DNA of 63,654 nucleotides, filler included, from Octopus bimaculoides (GCF_001194135.2; 4 parts of 4 records of this genome joined end to end with filler, not necessarily neighbours in it); one strand, 5' to 3'. Numbered from the whole stretch's first letter, positions 1 through 15,072 are shown. A program made the numbers and translations. Notes: generated by a model not told the origin, from the sequence alone.

Positions 1-1979
1 TATATATATATAAGGATGGGATGAAAAATAAAAATAAAATCTTTATACATAAAATCTGCATACATTCATACATACACACTGGTGCATAGGTGTTTTAAAT
101 AACCAAATAACTCTATCGAAGCTGTAATGAACTCGAAAGTAAAAAACAACGAGTTTCATTTTTCGACCTTGGTTGTCTGAATGATATTGTAATATATTTT
201 CAGTGGCACTTTTCATAAATTCATCGCGAGTATAACCAGTGCTCGTTGAAACATAAGCCTCACTCCCTTTTCAACTGGTTTTCCAATTAGTCTTGGACTA
301 TTTGAAAATATAGAAACTCCAAAATTCGGAAGCTGTTATGGTTAAGTTTGATGCTGTCATTTAGTTCCACGTCAAACCTGGCTGAGCAAACTTATTATCG
401 TTATTTTTCCGATATGCAAGCAATTAAACACTACATTGCCCATCATATCCGCAATAAATTTGCTTTTCAACGGTGTATTTACATTAAGTATACCACATAG
501 ACGGTTATTTTAATCTAACACTGTTTCTGTTGTGTATGGCAGATTTTATCCAGCCGAGCCACTATTCGCAACACCAGTGAACATTTATTCACTATTTTCC
601 TATATATCAGTGGCGACAAATTTCGTCTAAGCATGTGTCCGGCTGTAAGTACACGTCGTTGACAGCGCCCAGAGAAGCAGAAATGCATCTAGCGTTCTTG
701 TCAGCCGCTGCTGGGACGGTCTTTGTCTCTCTCCGATATATATTCTGCCTTTAAACACAGCACGTCCATAAGTGATGTTACCTCCGGATGAGTACCGCAG
801 TAAATTTACCTTTCAACGATGTATTTACTTTGAAGTGTGATACATAGACGGCTATTTTAATCGAATACAAGTGTTTTTAGGAATAATTGTCTCCATCCAG
901 CCTGCGAGATATACTTTATACTTCACTTCCGCTCGCAAAACCAACCCTGGTCTGAACCTCGTCTTCTTTCCAACATGATTTTCACGGACATTGGCGTGCT
1001 ACTAGCTCTGAAAACCAAATTTCATCACTGAAAATAATCTTGTTGTCTCTTCACATAATTCATCTTTGTACCGCTTTCTTAGCAACTATTCTTTACCATG
1101 ATGTTTATACTGACATCAACTAACAGCAGTTATCTAGTTGAGAACACTATTGTTATTGTTATTGTTGACACTGCTTCTGCTGATGTTGTTATTGAAGATA
1201 TGTATGTGTTGTACAATATATAGCTCATCAGTAAATTCTTACCGCATAAAGAATCATTACATTTTCGTTGTAATAGCAGACAGCCACACTCTTCCTTCAC
1301 CAATTGCAGCTGGTCCTGTGACTGGACTATTAGTTTTGGCCATCGGCACAAATTGAATCCCTGAGAGGAATTTGAACTTAAATACCACAACCCATTTCGC
1401 TCGACGTTTTAACAATTCAGCCGATCTTTTCTCCTGGATTCGTACTTTATTTATCGATTTATAAGGAACGAAAGGCTACGTTGATTTCAGAACACAGAAA
1501 GCCAGAACAACTACCATAAGGCACTTCATTCTACGCTCTAACGAATCCGCCAATTCACCAAATAGAGACTGCGAACAGGTTTCATTTCCCCAATTAGAAC
1601 TGCTGCACTTTTATTGATATAAGCAACGCGATACACTGTTTTCCTTACCCTAAAAAATCTAGCACTATATTCATAAAACAAACGAAGAAAAGGTTCATTT
1701 CTTAGATAACTAGAGGGACTAAGATCGATGGAGGGTATTGTTTAATATTTCATACCTCTCTTCGAAACATTAGCAGCACAAGTTACATTACATGGCTAAA
1801 TCAGTAACTAAAACAGGATTACTCAGCCACGATTCGACATCACTCACTCCATTGTGTCTAAAAACTATTGTTTCAGTGGTGTAAATAGTCATGTCAAGAT
1901 TTTGAGCTCAAGTCAATCAACTGTTACTACAACTCGCAACTGATTTTAGTTTTTATTGTTAGGATGAGCAATATAATCA

Positions 1980-2251
1980 CAGTGGCTCGGGAACGAAATT
2001 TGCTTAGGGGGTGCAAACCCAGGTCCAAAATTTTTCACAAACAAGGTCTTGTTTTTTTTCTGTTATTTATTTTTGTGATTTGTTCTTTGGGAAGGAACCT
2101 AACTTCAAGCTACTTTTTACACATCACTTTTTTATTCACTGTTTTCTAAACCTGAGAAAAATAAATATGGCTGCAAATTTTGGTTCCGCACTCTGCAAAA
2201 ATTCTAGGGGGTGCACTTGCACCACCTGCATCCCCTGTTCCCGGGCCTATG
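1980..2251. mobile_element. Probable hAT-type MITE remnant
   Basis: Imperfect inverted ends CAGTGGCTCGGGAAC / GTTCCCGGGCCTATG with subterminal GGGGTGCA motifs; no TSD recognisable. Confidence 0.4.
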
Positions 2252-3076
2252 GTCAATACTACGTACACTGGAAAAGCATACCACATTTGGTAACCACTAC
2301 GATGCAATATTTGCCATAGCTGCAGTTGGTGATGATTCCTCTGTTGTTTGGTATTGTTAGCTTCGCTGCTATTGCTCTTGTTATTGACATAGTTGATGCT
2401 GCTGATGATCTGGTTGATATTAACTGTCACAGTCGCTGATGTTGAAGTTGCTGCTGTTGTTTATGTTGCAGCAGCGGTTACCGCCGTCATTATTATCACT
2501 AATACTGCAGTTATTAGAGATGCTGCGGTTAATAGACTTCGTGGATCAGCCAAAACTATAGAGTAATGGAGGAAATGCATTCCTAGCATTTAGTTATACT
2601 CTTTATGTTCTGTAGTTCAAATCCTGCCTGGGTAGACATTGCTTGGCATCCTTTTGTGAGTGATAAAATAAGCATTAGTCAAATATTTGGACCAATGTAA
2701 TCGATTATACCTCTACACCCAAGTCTAAGACCTGGAAATCAATACACACACACATATACCAGAATAAAAACAAAACCAAATGTTGATATTTTGAATGCAT
2801 TTAATACACGTGTTTCCAGGAGTTATGCAACATAATTCTTAAATGTTACTATTTTCGCATGCACGCGCACACACATACACAAAATAAGATGGCTATTTCC
2901 ATTCCTTTTCAACGTGAATACTTTCAGGCAAATCATTAACGTTACATTTCTTCATCTTTCTTTATCTTAGATAATCTCATTAGTTTTTTTTTTTTTTTTT
3001 TTTTTGTCGTTATAAGAAAATCATTTGATGTCTTAAAAAGCAAAATATAAATGCTTTTCATGTTGTTATTGAATAG

Positions 3077-3231
3077 GGAGGAATGAAAGCGGTAGTATGG
3101 TCAGACACTTTCCAAGCAAGTATGATGGTTATTGGTCTGTTTTGTGTTCTCATCCAAGGAAGCATTGAAGTAGGAGGACTAGCTAAAGCATGGGAAATCG
3201 CCGCTGAAAATCATCGGATCAAATTTTTAGA
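3077..3231 (+). CDS. SLC5-like exon (155 bp, phase 0 to 2): [51 protein letters not shown]
   Basis: aatag|GGA acceptor, TTAGA|gtacgt donor; signature GGMKAVxWxDxFQ. Confidence 0.95.
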
Positions 3232-4040
3232 GTACGTATCTGTAAATGACGTCTTTTTCTTCTTCTTTTTATTACTTGCAGCATTCTGTCGCCGTTGCTA
3301 CTATTCTTCTTGTTATCATAGTCGTCGTTATCGGTGTCACCATTGTCGTTGTTCTTGTTGTCGTTATTGCAGAGGTTTTTATTGTTATTGGTGCTGCTGC
3401 TGCTGTTTAACCCTAAACAACCCTGTTTGAAAAAGATATATGATCGAAAGCATTCCAGTTGTGACTCTTTTATTTTTTCTTCCTATGTGCAGAGATTCCC
3501 CTTTTCTAAGACGGTGAGATGTAATTTGAAGAATATTTGGTTATCATTTCTAGAGGCCATCGTCGTTGTAAAACAGTTTAATACCAATGTAAAAGTGTTC
3601 AATAGCTGTTATATGATGTTAACTCGCATAACTAGTGTCTAACTCTGATTTTATTGCGTTAAGCGAATAAGAGCTAAATATATTCCGCATCAATGTAGAA
3701 AGTGATCAATAAGCAAATCTATGGTGACCACCGAAATAGCAGTAAGATGGCTGCTTTGGCCAGTGTTCCTATTATCGATTTGCTCCAGTCCACCTATTTA
3801 CGGCAGATATTGAGAAGAGAAAGCCCCAGTTAACTGTACAGCTTGCTTAACTGCATGTAATAAATTGATTTGATTCCAGATCTTATCGGCGGCTAGACAA
3901 ATATCGTACCTTCATCTATTTGGTCATTTTTAGTTTTTGTCACAATTTTCTGAAATAGAGATACATGGAAAATTGAAATATGACAGCCCGGCGATCCAGT
4001 ATAATGGTGTATAACGCTGTACAATATACTATAGAAGTGC

Positions 4041-4112
<72 letters not shown>

Positions 4113-5461
4113 TGCTGTTGTTGTTTTATCCCAAGACGACCTCAAACGAACAAACTGCTGGTAAAAAATTCGAGTCCTGATCATCCAGTTTTTTCTTTTC
4201 CAAACGACATTATTCAATGTGTACTTTTCTTAAATATATTTGGATGTAATTTAAATGCGATTTGGCTGCTATACCTACCAGCTCAAGCGACGACCTAGAT
4301 CCACCTCATTGACTATTTACGGGTAGCCAATGGATTAACTCCAATATTTCTTAATGTTTTCTGTGTATTGTGTCTTAAATTTCAAAGTCGCAACGTATTA
4401 TTTAAATATTCTTCTCATCATCAGTATCCTTCGACCAACCTATGCATGGTCGGAACTCCATTAACAATCCCTTTCCACACTACACGGTCCTGCATTGCTG
4501 TGTTCAGATCTTTAATATCCAGCACTGAGTCCCGAGATATAGTATCTGGAAAAGTCAGTTTCCTGGAGAAAACACTTCCAGAGGGATGCCATTGGAGCAG
4601 GGATGAGATAACCTCTTTCTCTGCTCAATGACAGTGGACAGCAAATTGTAGCCGTTTCTGCTTGAGGGATATTGGTATCAAATTTCCGTAGATGTTACTA
4701 AGTGTTGGGTGTGATCTCCAACTGATGTTCTGTATCTTTCTGTGCAGGAAATATTCTTCCAATTCCATGTAAACTGTTGGGTTTGTTTCTTTCGAGGAAT
4801 TTTTCTAGCACAGCTGGAGAATTCATTATAATATTTCCCATATGAACTGAAACAGCAGTGAGTGGTTTAGCAGGAATGCCTTTTTTGGAAAATAGAATTC
4901 TTGGCTGCAAATTCGCTGTCAATGTCCTTTGAAAAGCCACGTCTCAATTTCCTGTTTCCACCCACCGTCTACTGTAGAAGATTTTTTTAAATCCCTTGCA
5001 AAAAAAAAAAAAGAAAAAAAAATGGCACCAAAGAAACAGCTAAATCCGGAGTCTCTGTAGGTTTACTCGACTGATACAAATTTCAGCCAAATTTTCTTCC
5101 ACTCACACTTTGTCGCCTTAAAATTGGAAGAAACCATTGGACACTTTAATCTACGTATCAAAAAATGAAGGGATGATCACGACTAGATGATTTTTCGATC
5201 TTAGCTGAATTAGAGGGATAAACAACAAGAGTAGTAAAAGTAGCAGCAATAACATCTGCAATAGAAACTCTTAAAAAAAAAGAAAGGATATATTACATAA
5301 TGTAGAGCTATATGTATTATGTTTGCCCCCAAACTGCCATAAACCTACTGCGTATGGCATTATATAATGCTATTATATAACCTTATACACTATTACATTG
5401 CATAACGCATAGTTGTGTCATTATTAATGTAGTTATGTAATTGTATGTATGCATGTACCTG

Positions 5462-5518
<57 letters not shown>

Positions 5519-5975
5519 ATACGCACACGTTTCACACGCCTATTCTTTCTTTCTTTCTTTCTCTCTCTCTCTCTCACACACACACATACACACACGTGCA
5601 CTCCTAATGTTTACTGGAGATCTTTGCCAAACATTTCTTGAAAACGTGTGTCAAATGTATGTGTGTATGTATGTATGTATGTATGTATGTATGTATGTAT
5701 GTATGTATGTATGCATGCATGCATGTATGTATGTATGTATGTATGTATGTATGTTTGTTTGTTTGTTTGTTTGTTTGTATGTAGTTACTATAATAACAAA
5801 CATTAACATGGCAACGATTTTCGTAAGAACTTAAATTTGAAACGCATCCCATACAAAACAACCTTTATACGTCTCACAGACATAAAATCATGTTAGCAGC
5901 CCACCATTAAATACACCGTTTGTAGTCTACCAACAATATATACAGTTAGTAGTATTCCAAGAAATATATAATATA

Positions 5976-6010
<35 letters not shown>

Positions 6011-8345
6011 ACACACACATACACGCACACACGCACACACACACATACACACACAACATATATGTATTTATATATGTATAAATAGGTTTATTTAAAAAGA
6101 ATGAACCGATTTCATTACGCAATATTTTAATAAGGAAAAGAAATAGAAAACTCCAGCTAAGTCACAAGTATTTACTCACAATCAACTTCTATTTCCTGTC
6201 TTACCGTTCTTGCTTATAAAAGAAATCTAAGAAAATAATAGAACCTAAAGAATAATAGAAGCTACAAATAATGAGCTATCTAAAATTTGTTTGTGAATCG
6301 GTTCAGTTCTTCGTTTCTTTTTGGCACAAATTCATCGATCACTTTGGTATACAATTTATCAGTACCAAGCTCTACCTTCATCTTCTTCAAAAGGTCTTTA
6401 TTCATGNNNNNNNNNNNNNNNNNNNNNNNNNNNNNNNNNNNNNNNNNNNNNNNNNNNNNNNNNNNNNNNNNNNNNNNNNNNNNNNNNNNNNNNNNNNNNN
6501 NNNNNNNNNNNNNNNNNNNNNNNNNNNNNNNNNNNNNNNNNNNNNNNNNNNNNNNNNNNNNNNNNNNNNNNNNNNNNNNNNNNNNNNNNNNNNNNNNNNN
6601 NNNNNNNNNNNNNNNNNNNNNNNNNNNNNNNNNNNNTATTATGTCTAAGACTTCTTGGATGTTCGACACTTACTCTGCAATATCTGCTGTATAGACTGAT
6701 TTCAGTTAGCATTTCCATCCATCTAAATCCAATAAGTTTTTATAGACATCCAAAAACGAAAGTTCTTCCATCGAAAATATTTTCCATAAGCGTGCAAAAG
6801 CTTCGGATTCAACAATTCAACAAATCTAAACTCAAATTTTTGCTCAACGTAAGCAAAATGTTAAGTAAAGTTCTTAAAATAGCTTCTGATTTTTGATGTT
6901 AACCACGCTTCTCTGGTGATTCAGTGGCACCATCCAGAACCAGGCAATAAAATTCTTCAAACTTGTTCTTGATATTGTAGTGAGCCCTAGGATTTGAACA
7001 CTTTTCACCAGATTATAATTTCTCTATCGTGAGTGAGTCACAGTTGGTCATGCGATCTTAATGCGAACACTCTTTTTTTGGCCAATCGGTTTGCAGGACT
7101 ATACCAAGTTGGAACATCCTGTCAAGTGTCCTTGAGATTCGCACCCTTTTCTTCAGTTTAGTGCTAGAAATCAACAAGAGCTCTCATGGCATTCGAAGAG
7201 AACTCAACTCGGCTTTCGCCAAGGAAAACAAGGACAAAGCTTCAATTCAGCAGTCTCGCATCTTGAAGATAACTAATGGTCAAGCAATCACAGTTAAGTC
7301 GATCCCTATGGCATAGTCTCTCTATCAACGAGGATTTGATAATTTATGTATGCCTTCCCTTAAATTAATCTGATGTTAAACATTCAAGAGTTTTGCTCCT
7401 GTTTGTAATATACACTGCCAACCTAACCCACACCACGATTAATACAACAATTACACCTACCACGACAATATCAACGAATTGTTTTTTGAAATACTCAACC
7501 TCACGGATACACCCCGAAATATCAAGTGAACCTTTCTGAAGAATCGAAAACAGTCTCTGTGCCACTCAATATGGTTTCAAAAATTTTTGAATAGTTTAAA
7601 CCGAAAATCTAGGATTGCAATGAATCCCAGGCCTGTGCTAAGGCTGAAGTACTTCTATCCTCTAGATTTTCTAACATGGTTGAAAGTATCCCAGGAAACA
7701 ATAATTTTGTTGAACAAAATGGAAACTTATCGAGATGAATAATTCCAACGTGTCTCATGTAATTTTGAAAATCATCTTCGAACGATTTCATCCAGTAGGG
7801 TTATTCAAGCCGTCGACTTTGACATAAAAATTGAAATACCTTTTAAAGTTTGGAATAAAATTCGACCATCACGAATACTCGATGCTGATTGAGAGAGTTA
7901 CAAATTAATTGAACGCGCATAACAATGAACAAATATGACGTTCGCACCAAAAAATCTCCTTAATTCTTGCTTGCACTCCGTTCAAATGCCCAGCCATCAC
8001 GCTTGCTCCATCATAAATTTATGCAATATCACGTTTGAATTCATTAGCAAATTTTCGAACTTCTATTTGCCATGTAGCTTTTCTGTCCTTACTTACATCG
8101 ACGTGTCCCAAAAACTTTTCCCGAGATTTTTCTTTCTCATCAACAAATCAACAAATCACAAAACGTATGACTATCGAGATTTCATTCGAAGGTCCATAGT
8201 CTTATCGAACATGACAGCAACAGATGCTGTTTTATCAATCATTGCCTTGATTTCACCTTCATTTGTAGCAGCTATACAATTGAATGATCACCTTCTGAAT
8301 ATCACTTGAAAGTCCAGAAAATGTGCAGTTAAACACACGCACACA

Positions 8346-8431
<86 letters not shown>

Positions 8432-11400
8432 GGCGTCTGACACTTTCCCTCATACCCAGCAAAATAAGTCGTAAGTTTTCATCACACAACTACAACATCC
8501 ATAAGTATACCATTAAATTCAGGAAAACTAAATTTAATTTCAAGCATTTCTGAGTATTATTCCAAATGATACTTTTATTCTGATAAATTTGATTTTTTAA
8601 ATAGCTATTTTGCAATATAGAAATGTTTTTTTTTTTTGCAGGTATTATTTGGATATGAGTAATCTTATATGTACTTTGTTTCACCAAACCTAAAGCCTGT
8701 ATTCTACTTTTATTGCTCTCATAGGTTTAGTGTGGATCCGCGTGAACGCCATACAATCTGGGCATTTGTGATAGGTGGAAGTACTATGTGGGCAAGTATA
8801 TATGGAACTAACCAAGCGCAGGCTCAGCGAACTTTCGCTTTGCCAACCTTGAGAAAAGCTCAATTGTAAGTATCCCCAGGCAATGCTACCTTCAAAACAT
8901 TTCAGCATCTGTTTATATTTCAGTGTTTATGTTTCCTGAATGTCTTTATGTCTCATTGTTCGTAGCTATGAAAGCAAGAGAAAAGAAGGTGACCTTATCG
9001 TCTGTGCTAAAGGGAGATAAGATTTTCAGACCAGTTCTTCCGTTATTACTGTAAAACTCTAAAAACGCAGTTGTTATTTATTCTTTAATTTGTCGTACTG
9101 CACAGTGGTAGAAAGAAAGCCAAAACGATATATGCCAAACTCTGTAAACACATTTGGAAAAAAAATTATGAATATGAAGAAAATCTCAAAACAATTAAAC
9201 TACTCCTTAATATTCTAAAAAATGGGTATAGTAGCTAATATCATACCAATACTTAAATTGATTGGTAATGAAATCGGGAAAATACTTTCCTGCAGTTCTC
9301 GTTAAGATGACAAATTGGTCGAGATGTTAGAGTGGCAGAGAGAATGTCTTATGTTAATCAATCCAACTTTCTACTCTCTGAAACCAAATCGCCCCGAAGT
9401 AGATTTTGTTTTTTATTCCTTATGGGTCAATACGATTATGTATACTACATGCATACACGCTCGAGTTGACCTATATCCTCTAGGGGAAATTTGGTCGACA
9501 TAAACTCGTTGTGTGTGTGAGTGTGTGTGTATGTGTGCATGTATACGTGTGTATACATGAGTTTATGTAGGAGTGTAAGTATTACATATATNNNNNNNNN
9601 NATATATATATACGTGAATGAGTGTTGCATGCATGTCTATCAAAAATGTTTATTTGTGCGTGGTGGCAGTGGTGACGTCGGTGGATATGTTTATGCCTAT
9701 GTTTATGTGTTCGCCATTATACTGCTGTTAAAAAAGCAAAGAAACGATTTTGTGTCAAAAAGGTAGCATAGCCATTTGCATTATATATTGGTTTCAAATT
9801 TTGGCACAAGGCCACCCACCAGTTATGAGGAAGGGTGCTAGTCGATTACATCAATCCCAGAGTTCAACTGGTACTTGTTTTATCGATCTCGAAGGATGGA
9901 AGGTAAAGTCGACCTCGGCGGAATTTGAACTCAGAACGTAAAGACGGATAAAATGCTGCTAAGCATTTTGCTCGGCATAGTTACGATTTTGCCAGCTCAC
10001 CTCTTTATTCATATTATTGTTCGATAAAATATTACTAGAATGAAGTAAGTAGGTGGTGGTGGTGGTGGAGTCGAAGTGATTGACTGACACTGTTCATGGT
10101 GGTAACCTAGCCAGGCTGCAGCCAGACAAGTGAAACTGATAAAAAAGTAGGAGAATGTAACCATATCATTTCTTTATTTTATGATTTATTGCTACCAAAG
10201 TGTCTCAACAGTCTTTTTTACTATTTTTTCCAGAGCTATTTGGTTAAACTTTCCATTGCTGCTAGTGATCCTATATTTATGTGGTCTGATTGGAGTGGTC
10301 CTTTATGCATTTTACAGCAAATGTGACCCCTTGCACGCCGAACTTATCACAGCATCAGATCAGGTAAGCCTTTTTACAAGTCATTAATTAGACAATTGTA
10401 GTTCAATTACCAAGTTTGACTTGGCTCTTCGTCCATTACGACCGACTAGTGTTCCGGTCGATCCGATCAAACGTACAGCCTGCTCGTGAAATTCCACAGG
10501 CGTGCGTATCTTTAACGTAGGTCTTAAGGATAGTCAGCGTAATACTGAATGTGACAAGGCCGGCCCTTTGAATTACAGGTACTTGGTGTAAAACAAAATC
10601 ACATACAAAACTGGTCTCCTTCGGTTTGTACGATAAGTGTTCAGTTGTTCGATTAACTTAACTCTTTATTCATTGAATTAACATGGAAATGGTTGAATAT
10701 TCCTTCAGGCGGCGAGCTGGCAGGGTCATTAGCACGCTGGACGAAATGCTTCGCGGTATTTCGTCTGCCGCTACGTCCTGAGTTCAAATTCCGCCTAGGT
10801 CGACTTAGCATTTCATCCTTTCGGAGTCGATTAAATAAGTACCAGTTACGCACTGGAGTCGATGTAATAGACTTAATCCATTTGTCTGTCCTTGTTTGTC
10901 CCCTCTATGTTTAGCCCCCTGTGGGCAATAAAGAAATTAAGAAATAGATATTCCTTCCACTGGTATCCTTAATGTAATCCTCAAGTAGAACCACCGTGAA
11001 GCAGTGTTATCCTAGTGAAGACTGAATTTTTAAAATACAGATATAATCCATCCGGTAGTTTCCATACACTTTCCCTCAACTCTGTTTTCTTCTCAAAATT
11101 TGAGAACACATGAGGTTATGATAAAAGATCTGTCCAAAGTGTCACACATAGGGGTCGAAACGAAGATCTTGTATCTGCGAAACGAACTTCTTAACCATTC
11201 ACCTATGCTGCGTTTACAAAGCAGTATTGAGTGGCAAACAAATACGTAGCATTATGGCATTCATTCAGTCATGATTTATGAACAGTGAATTAGTCACTTA
11301 CATTCACCAAGCCATGATTAAGCGGAATCCTGACAAAACAACTGCGATATTTTGTTATGGCCCTTTACTCTGTACAACCAAATCCTTTTGAAGCTAAATT

Positions 11401-12540
11401 TCCCTTTCATCCTCTAAGTATTAGGATCGATTTAATACTCTTATACAACAGATAAGATGTGAATGGAATTTTTACAGAAAAACAATGGCTTTAGTTTCTT
11501 AGGTACATTTTGGAGACGTTTACTAAAAGAGAAATCTTGGTTATTAATCCTACATACATACTTATTTCATCTTGTATCATGTACATTTATAGGGAACCAT
11601 TACCCTGTTGATGGGGACAATTACTTTCAAAATAAGTAAGAAAGAGATGTTTTACGAACAACGCTTCGGAAACTTACAGTTTATTTGTCCAAATTATAAA
11701 TTCACATTTATTCCTATAATTATTGATGTAAATGGTTATGTTAGAGGCAATCTCAAAAATCTGTGCGTTTCCGAGCAAAGAAAGTGAACAATGAAATTAT
11801 GCAAGATTTTTCTAAAGTTCAACATGTAACCCTCGTTGTTGTTATCTAAATTTCAGCGAGGAATCTTAGTGTTATTATTAGAAACTAGTTACTTTTTATT
11901 GGGATAATTCTAATAAATAAATAAGAAAACATATATACACGTACGTTCGTTTGTACATACATTACATAAATACATTCATACATTTATCCATACATTCATG
12001 CATGCATGCATACATACATACGAAAATACATATCTAATGTTCGTCGGTTGGAACGACAAGGGTCCTCTAGTCATCCTTAAGGATGACTGATGACTTGTGC
12101 GGTCACTTTGTTTTAAGTAAAGAAGAGCTGCGCACCGTCAATCTCACTCTTCCGTCCGTGACCATGTTCAGTCCTGTGTCTAGACCAGGTCAAGACAACT
12201 GAGGATGGAGAGGGAGGCAGTGAACGACCAAGATATCTTACTTGCCTCATCTTGCTCTCTGCAATCCTGAATATGTTACTGCAGCCACCTTCCCCTCGGT
12301 TGAACTATGAAGGCTTCCTCCGCAGTGCTTGCCGGATCCTGTCTTCACATATATAGGTAGGCAAACCCTACTATGCGAATTAATCCATAGCTAGGACCCT
12401 GACAAGAGCTACCACACCGGGTCAGAGTAGATCTGGGAATAATAGTGGCTAAGAGAAGTTCCACACTCCTTAAAATCGTGTGACTCCTGAACCAGAATCG
12501 CACTAACGGATGCAGTTTAAAGTCATACCTAGGACATACA

Positions 12541-12572
<32 letters not shown>

Positions 12573-14611
12573 AACTGCGTACAATGGTGGAAATCGGCTG
12601 CCTGGCGGGTGTTAACATAAAACTGAAGATCAGTGAAAGAGAGAATACCTACGCTGAACTATTGAGAAACCTGCAGTTACTCTATCCAGATTACAAGATC
12701 AGGTTTATTCCTGTAATTATTGGGACCTAGGGATATGTAACACACTGCCTAAATACCAATCTTGAGAAATTAGGCTTCTCAGAACCAGAAAGTAGAAAGC
12801 TGATTCGAAGACGACAGATCCAAGCCATCACCGTAACTGTAAAAGTCCGTAAAACTTTCCAGAATTTTATCATTTAACTATATATGAGCATGTCTAGATA
12901 TGCAACTATATGCATGAGAAGGCATACATAAAACAAAACATACAAATCTGCACGTATACATACGTACGTTCATACATACATACATACATACATACATACA
13001 TACATACATACATACCCTGTTGATGATGTTGAAATTCTAATGAAGGAGCCTTAGATCTAGGTTAGAAANNNNNNNNNNNNNNNNNNNNNNNNNNNNNNNN
13101 NNNNNNNNNNNNNNNNNNNNNNNNNNNNNNNNNNNNNNNNNNNNNNNNNNNNNNNNNNNNNNNNNNNNNNNNNNNNNNNNNNNNNNNNNNNNNNNNNNNN
13201 NNNNNNNNNNNNNNNNNNNNNNNNNNNNNNNNNNNNNNNNNNNNNNNNNNNNNNNNNNNNNNNNNNNNNNNNNNNNNNNNNNNNNNNNNNNNNNNNNNNN
13301 NNNNNNNNNNNNNNNNNNNNNNNNNNNNNNNNNNNNNNNNNNNNNNNNNNNNNNNNNNNNNNNNNNNNNNNNNNNNNNNNNNNNNNNNNNNNNNNNNNNN
13401 NNNNNNNNNNNNNNNNNNNNNNNNNNNNNNNNNNNNNNNNNNNNNNNNNNNNNNNNNNNNNNNNNNNNNNNNNNNNNNNNNNNNNNNNNNNNNNNNNNNN
13501 NNNNNNNNNNNNNNNNNNNNNNNNNNNNNNNNNNNNNNNNNNNNNNNNNNNNNNNNNNNNNNNNNNNNNNNNNNNNNNNNNNNNNNNNNNNNNNNNNNNN
13601 NNNNNNNNNNNNNNNNNNNNNNNNNNNNNNNNNNNNNNNNNNNNNNNNNNNNNNNNNNNNNNNNNNNNNNNNNNNNNNNNNNNNNNNNNNNNNNNNNNNN
13701 NNNNNNATTACTTTGCAATAGATTACTGAGGTATCTGTTAAAAACACAAACATTGGTGATAAAGTAGTGTTCTGAAAGAGGAGAGACATTTGATGAATAT
13801 GAAAATAGTTATATAGAATAAGCGAAGAATTTGGGTCAGGTGCTGGTACCATGAAACTACTGATTTAATTTCATTATTCTTATTGTTGAAAGGCGGTGAG
13901 CTGGCAGAATCGTTAGCACGCCGGGAGAACTGCTTAGCAGCATTTCGTCTGTCGTTACGTTCTGAGTTCAAATTCCGCCGTGGTCGACTTCGCCTTTTAT
14001 CCTTTCGGGGTTGATAAATTAAGTACCAGTGAAACACTGGGTCGATGTAATCGATTAATCCTCCTCCCCCAAATTGCAGGCCTTGTTCCTAAAGTAGAAA
14101 GATTTTGTTATTATTATTTAGTAACCTTTGTTTAGTAAATAACTGTGGAAAATCTCGTGATAGTTAACATATAATAACAGCAATAATAATGATAATTATG
14201 CTAAATTCAGAACTATTGTTCTATTTTCAAAAACTGATTCGGTTTAAATTCTATATTTACAAATTAGAAACACAAAAAAAACAAAGCTTAAAAAACTTTA
14301 ATCAACAATTTCATACCATTTATGGGAGAATTAAAACCTAATGGCATTATGTTAATTATTTCTTGCAAAGTCAATTTATGAACTTAAAATGACTGTAATT
14401 ATATACATTTTTGTTTTGAAAGTGTGCTTACGTTACTTAGTTGCGTTATTGCATTGTGTGGGTGTGCACGTGTGTAGTTGGTGGGGGATGTATGTGGCTG
14501 TGGGTGTATGCGTACGTATGTGTGTTTGTGTGTATTTGTATGTGAGTGCAACTGTATGTATGTGGAAGCATGTGTATGTGTTCCTGTACGAGAGTATTTG
14601 CGAATGTGCGA

Positions 14612-14684
<73 letters not shown>

Positions 14685-15037
14685 CTTGCTTGCAATAAAT
14701 ATTGGATGCGACAAGCGCACTGAATGAACCAGCTGGAGGAGATGTCTTCCTGGGGTTAAATGGTAGTATCGTTGTCGCTTAGAGGACAGCCACATTAAAG
14801 TGGCTTTAAGCAATAATAAATTTGTACTCTACAAAAGTACAGAGTAACCCATTCGATTAATGTAAAATTGTTTTTGTCATAACTGAACATAACACACACA
14901 CACGTATGTATGTATGTATATTCGCTTAAGCCAACACAACACATACATACTCTCTCACACACATACACACATACATTCTCACGCACGCACACACACACAC
15001 ATACACGCACACGCACACACACATGTACGCACACGCA

Positions 15038-15072
<35 letters not shown>

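Noticed and set aside
13707-13735. Possible 3' end of the missing exon (..CTGAG|gtatct) right after the gap
   Set aside because: The in-phase translation LLCNRLL does not resemble the expected LFxAxxxSxxL.
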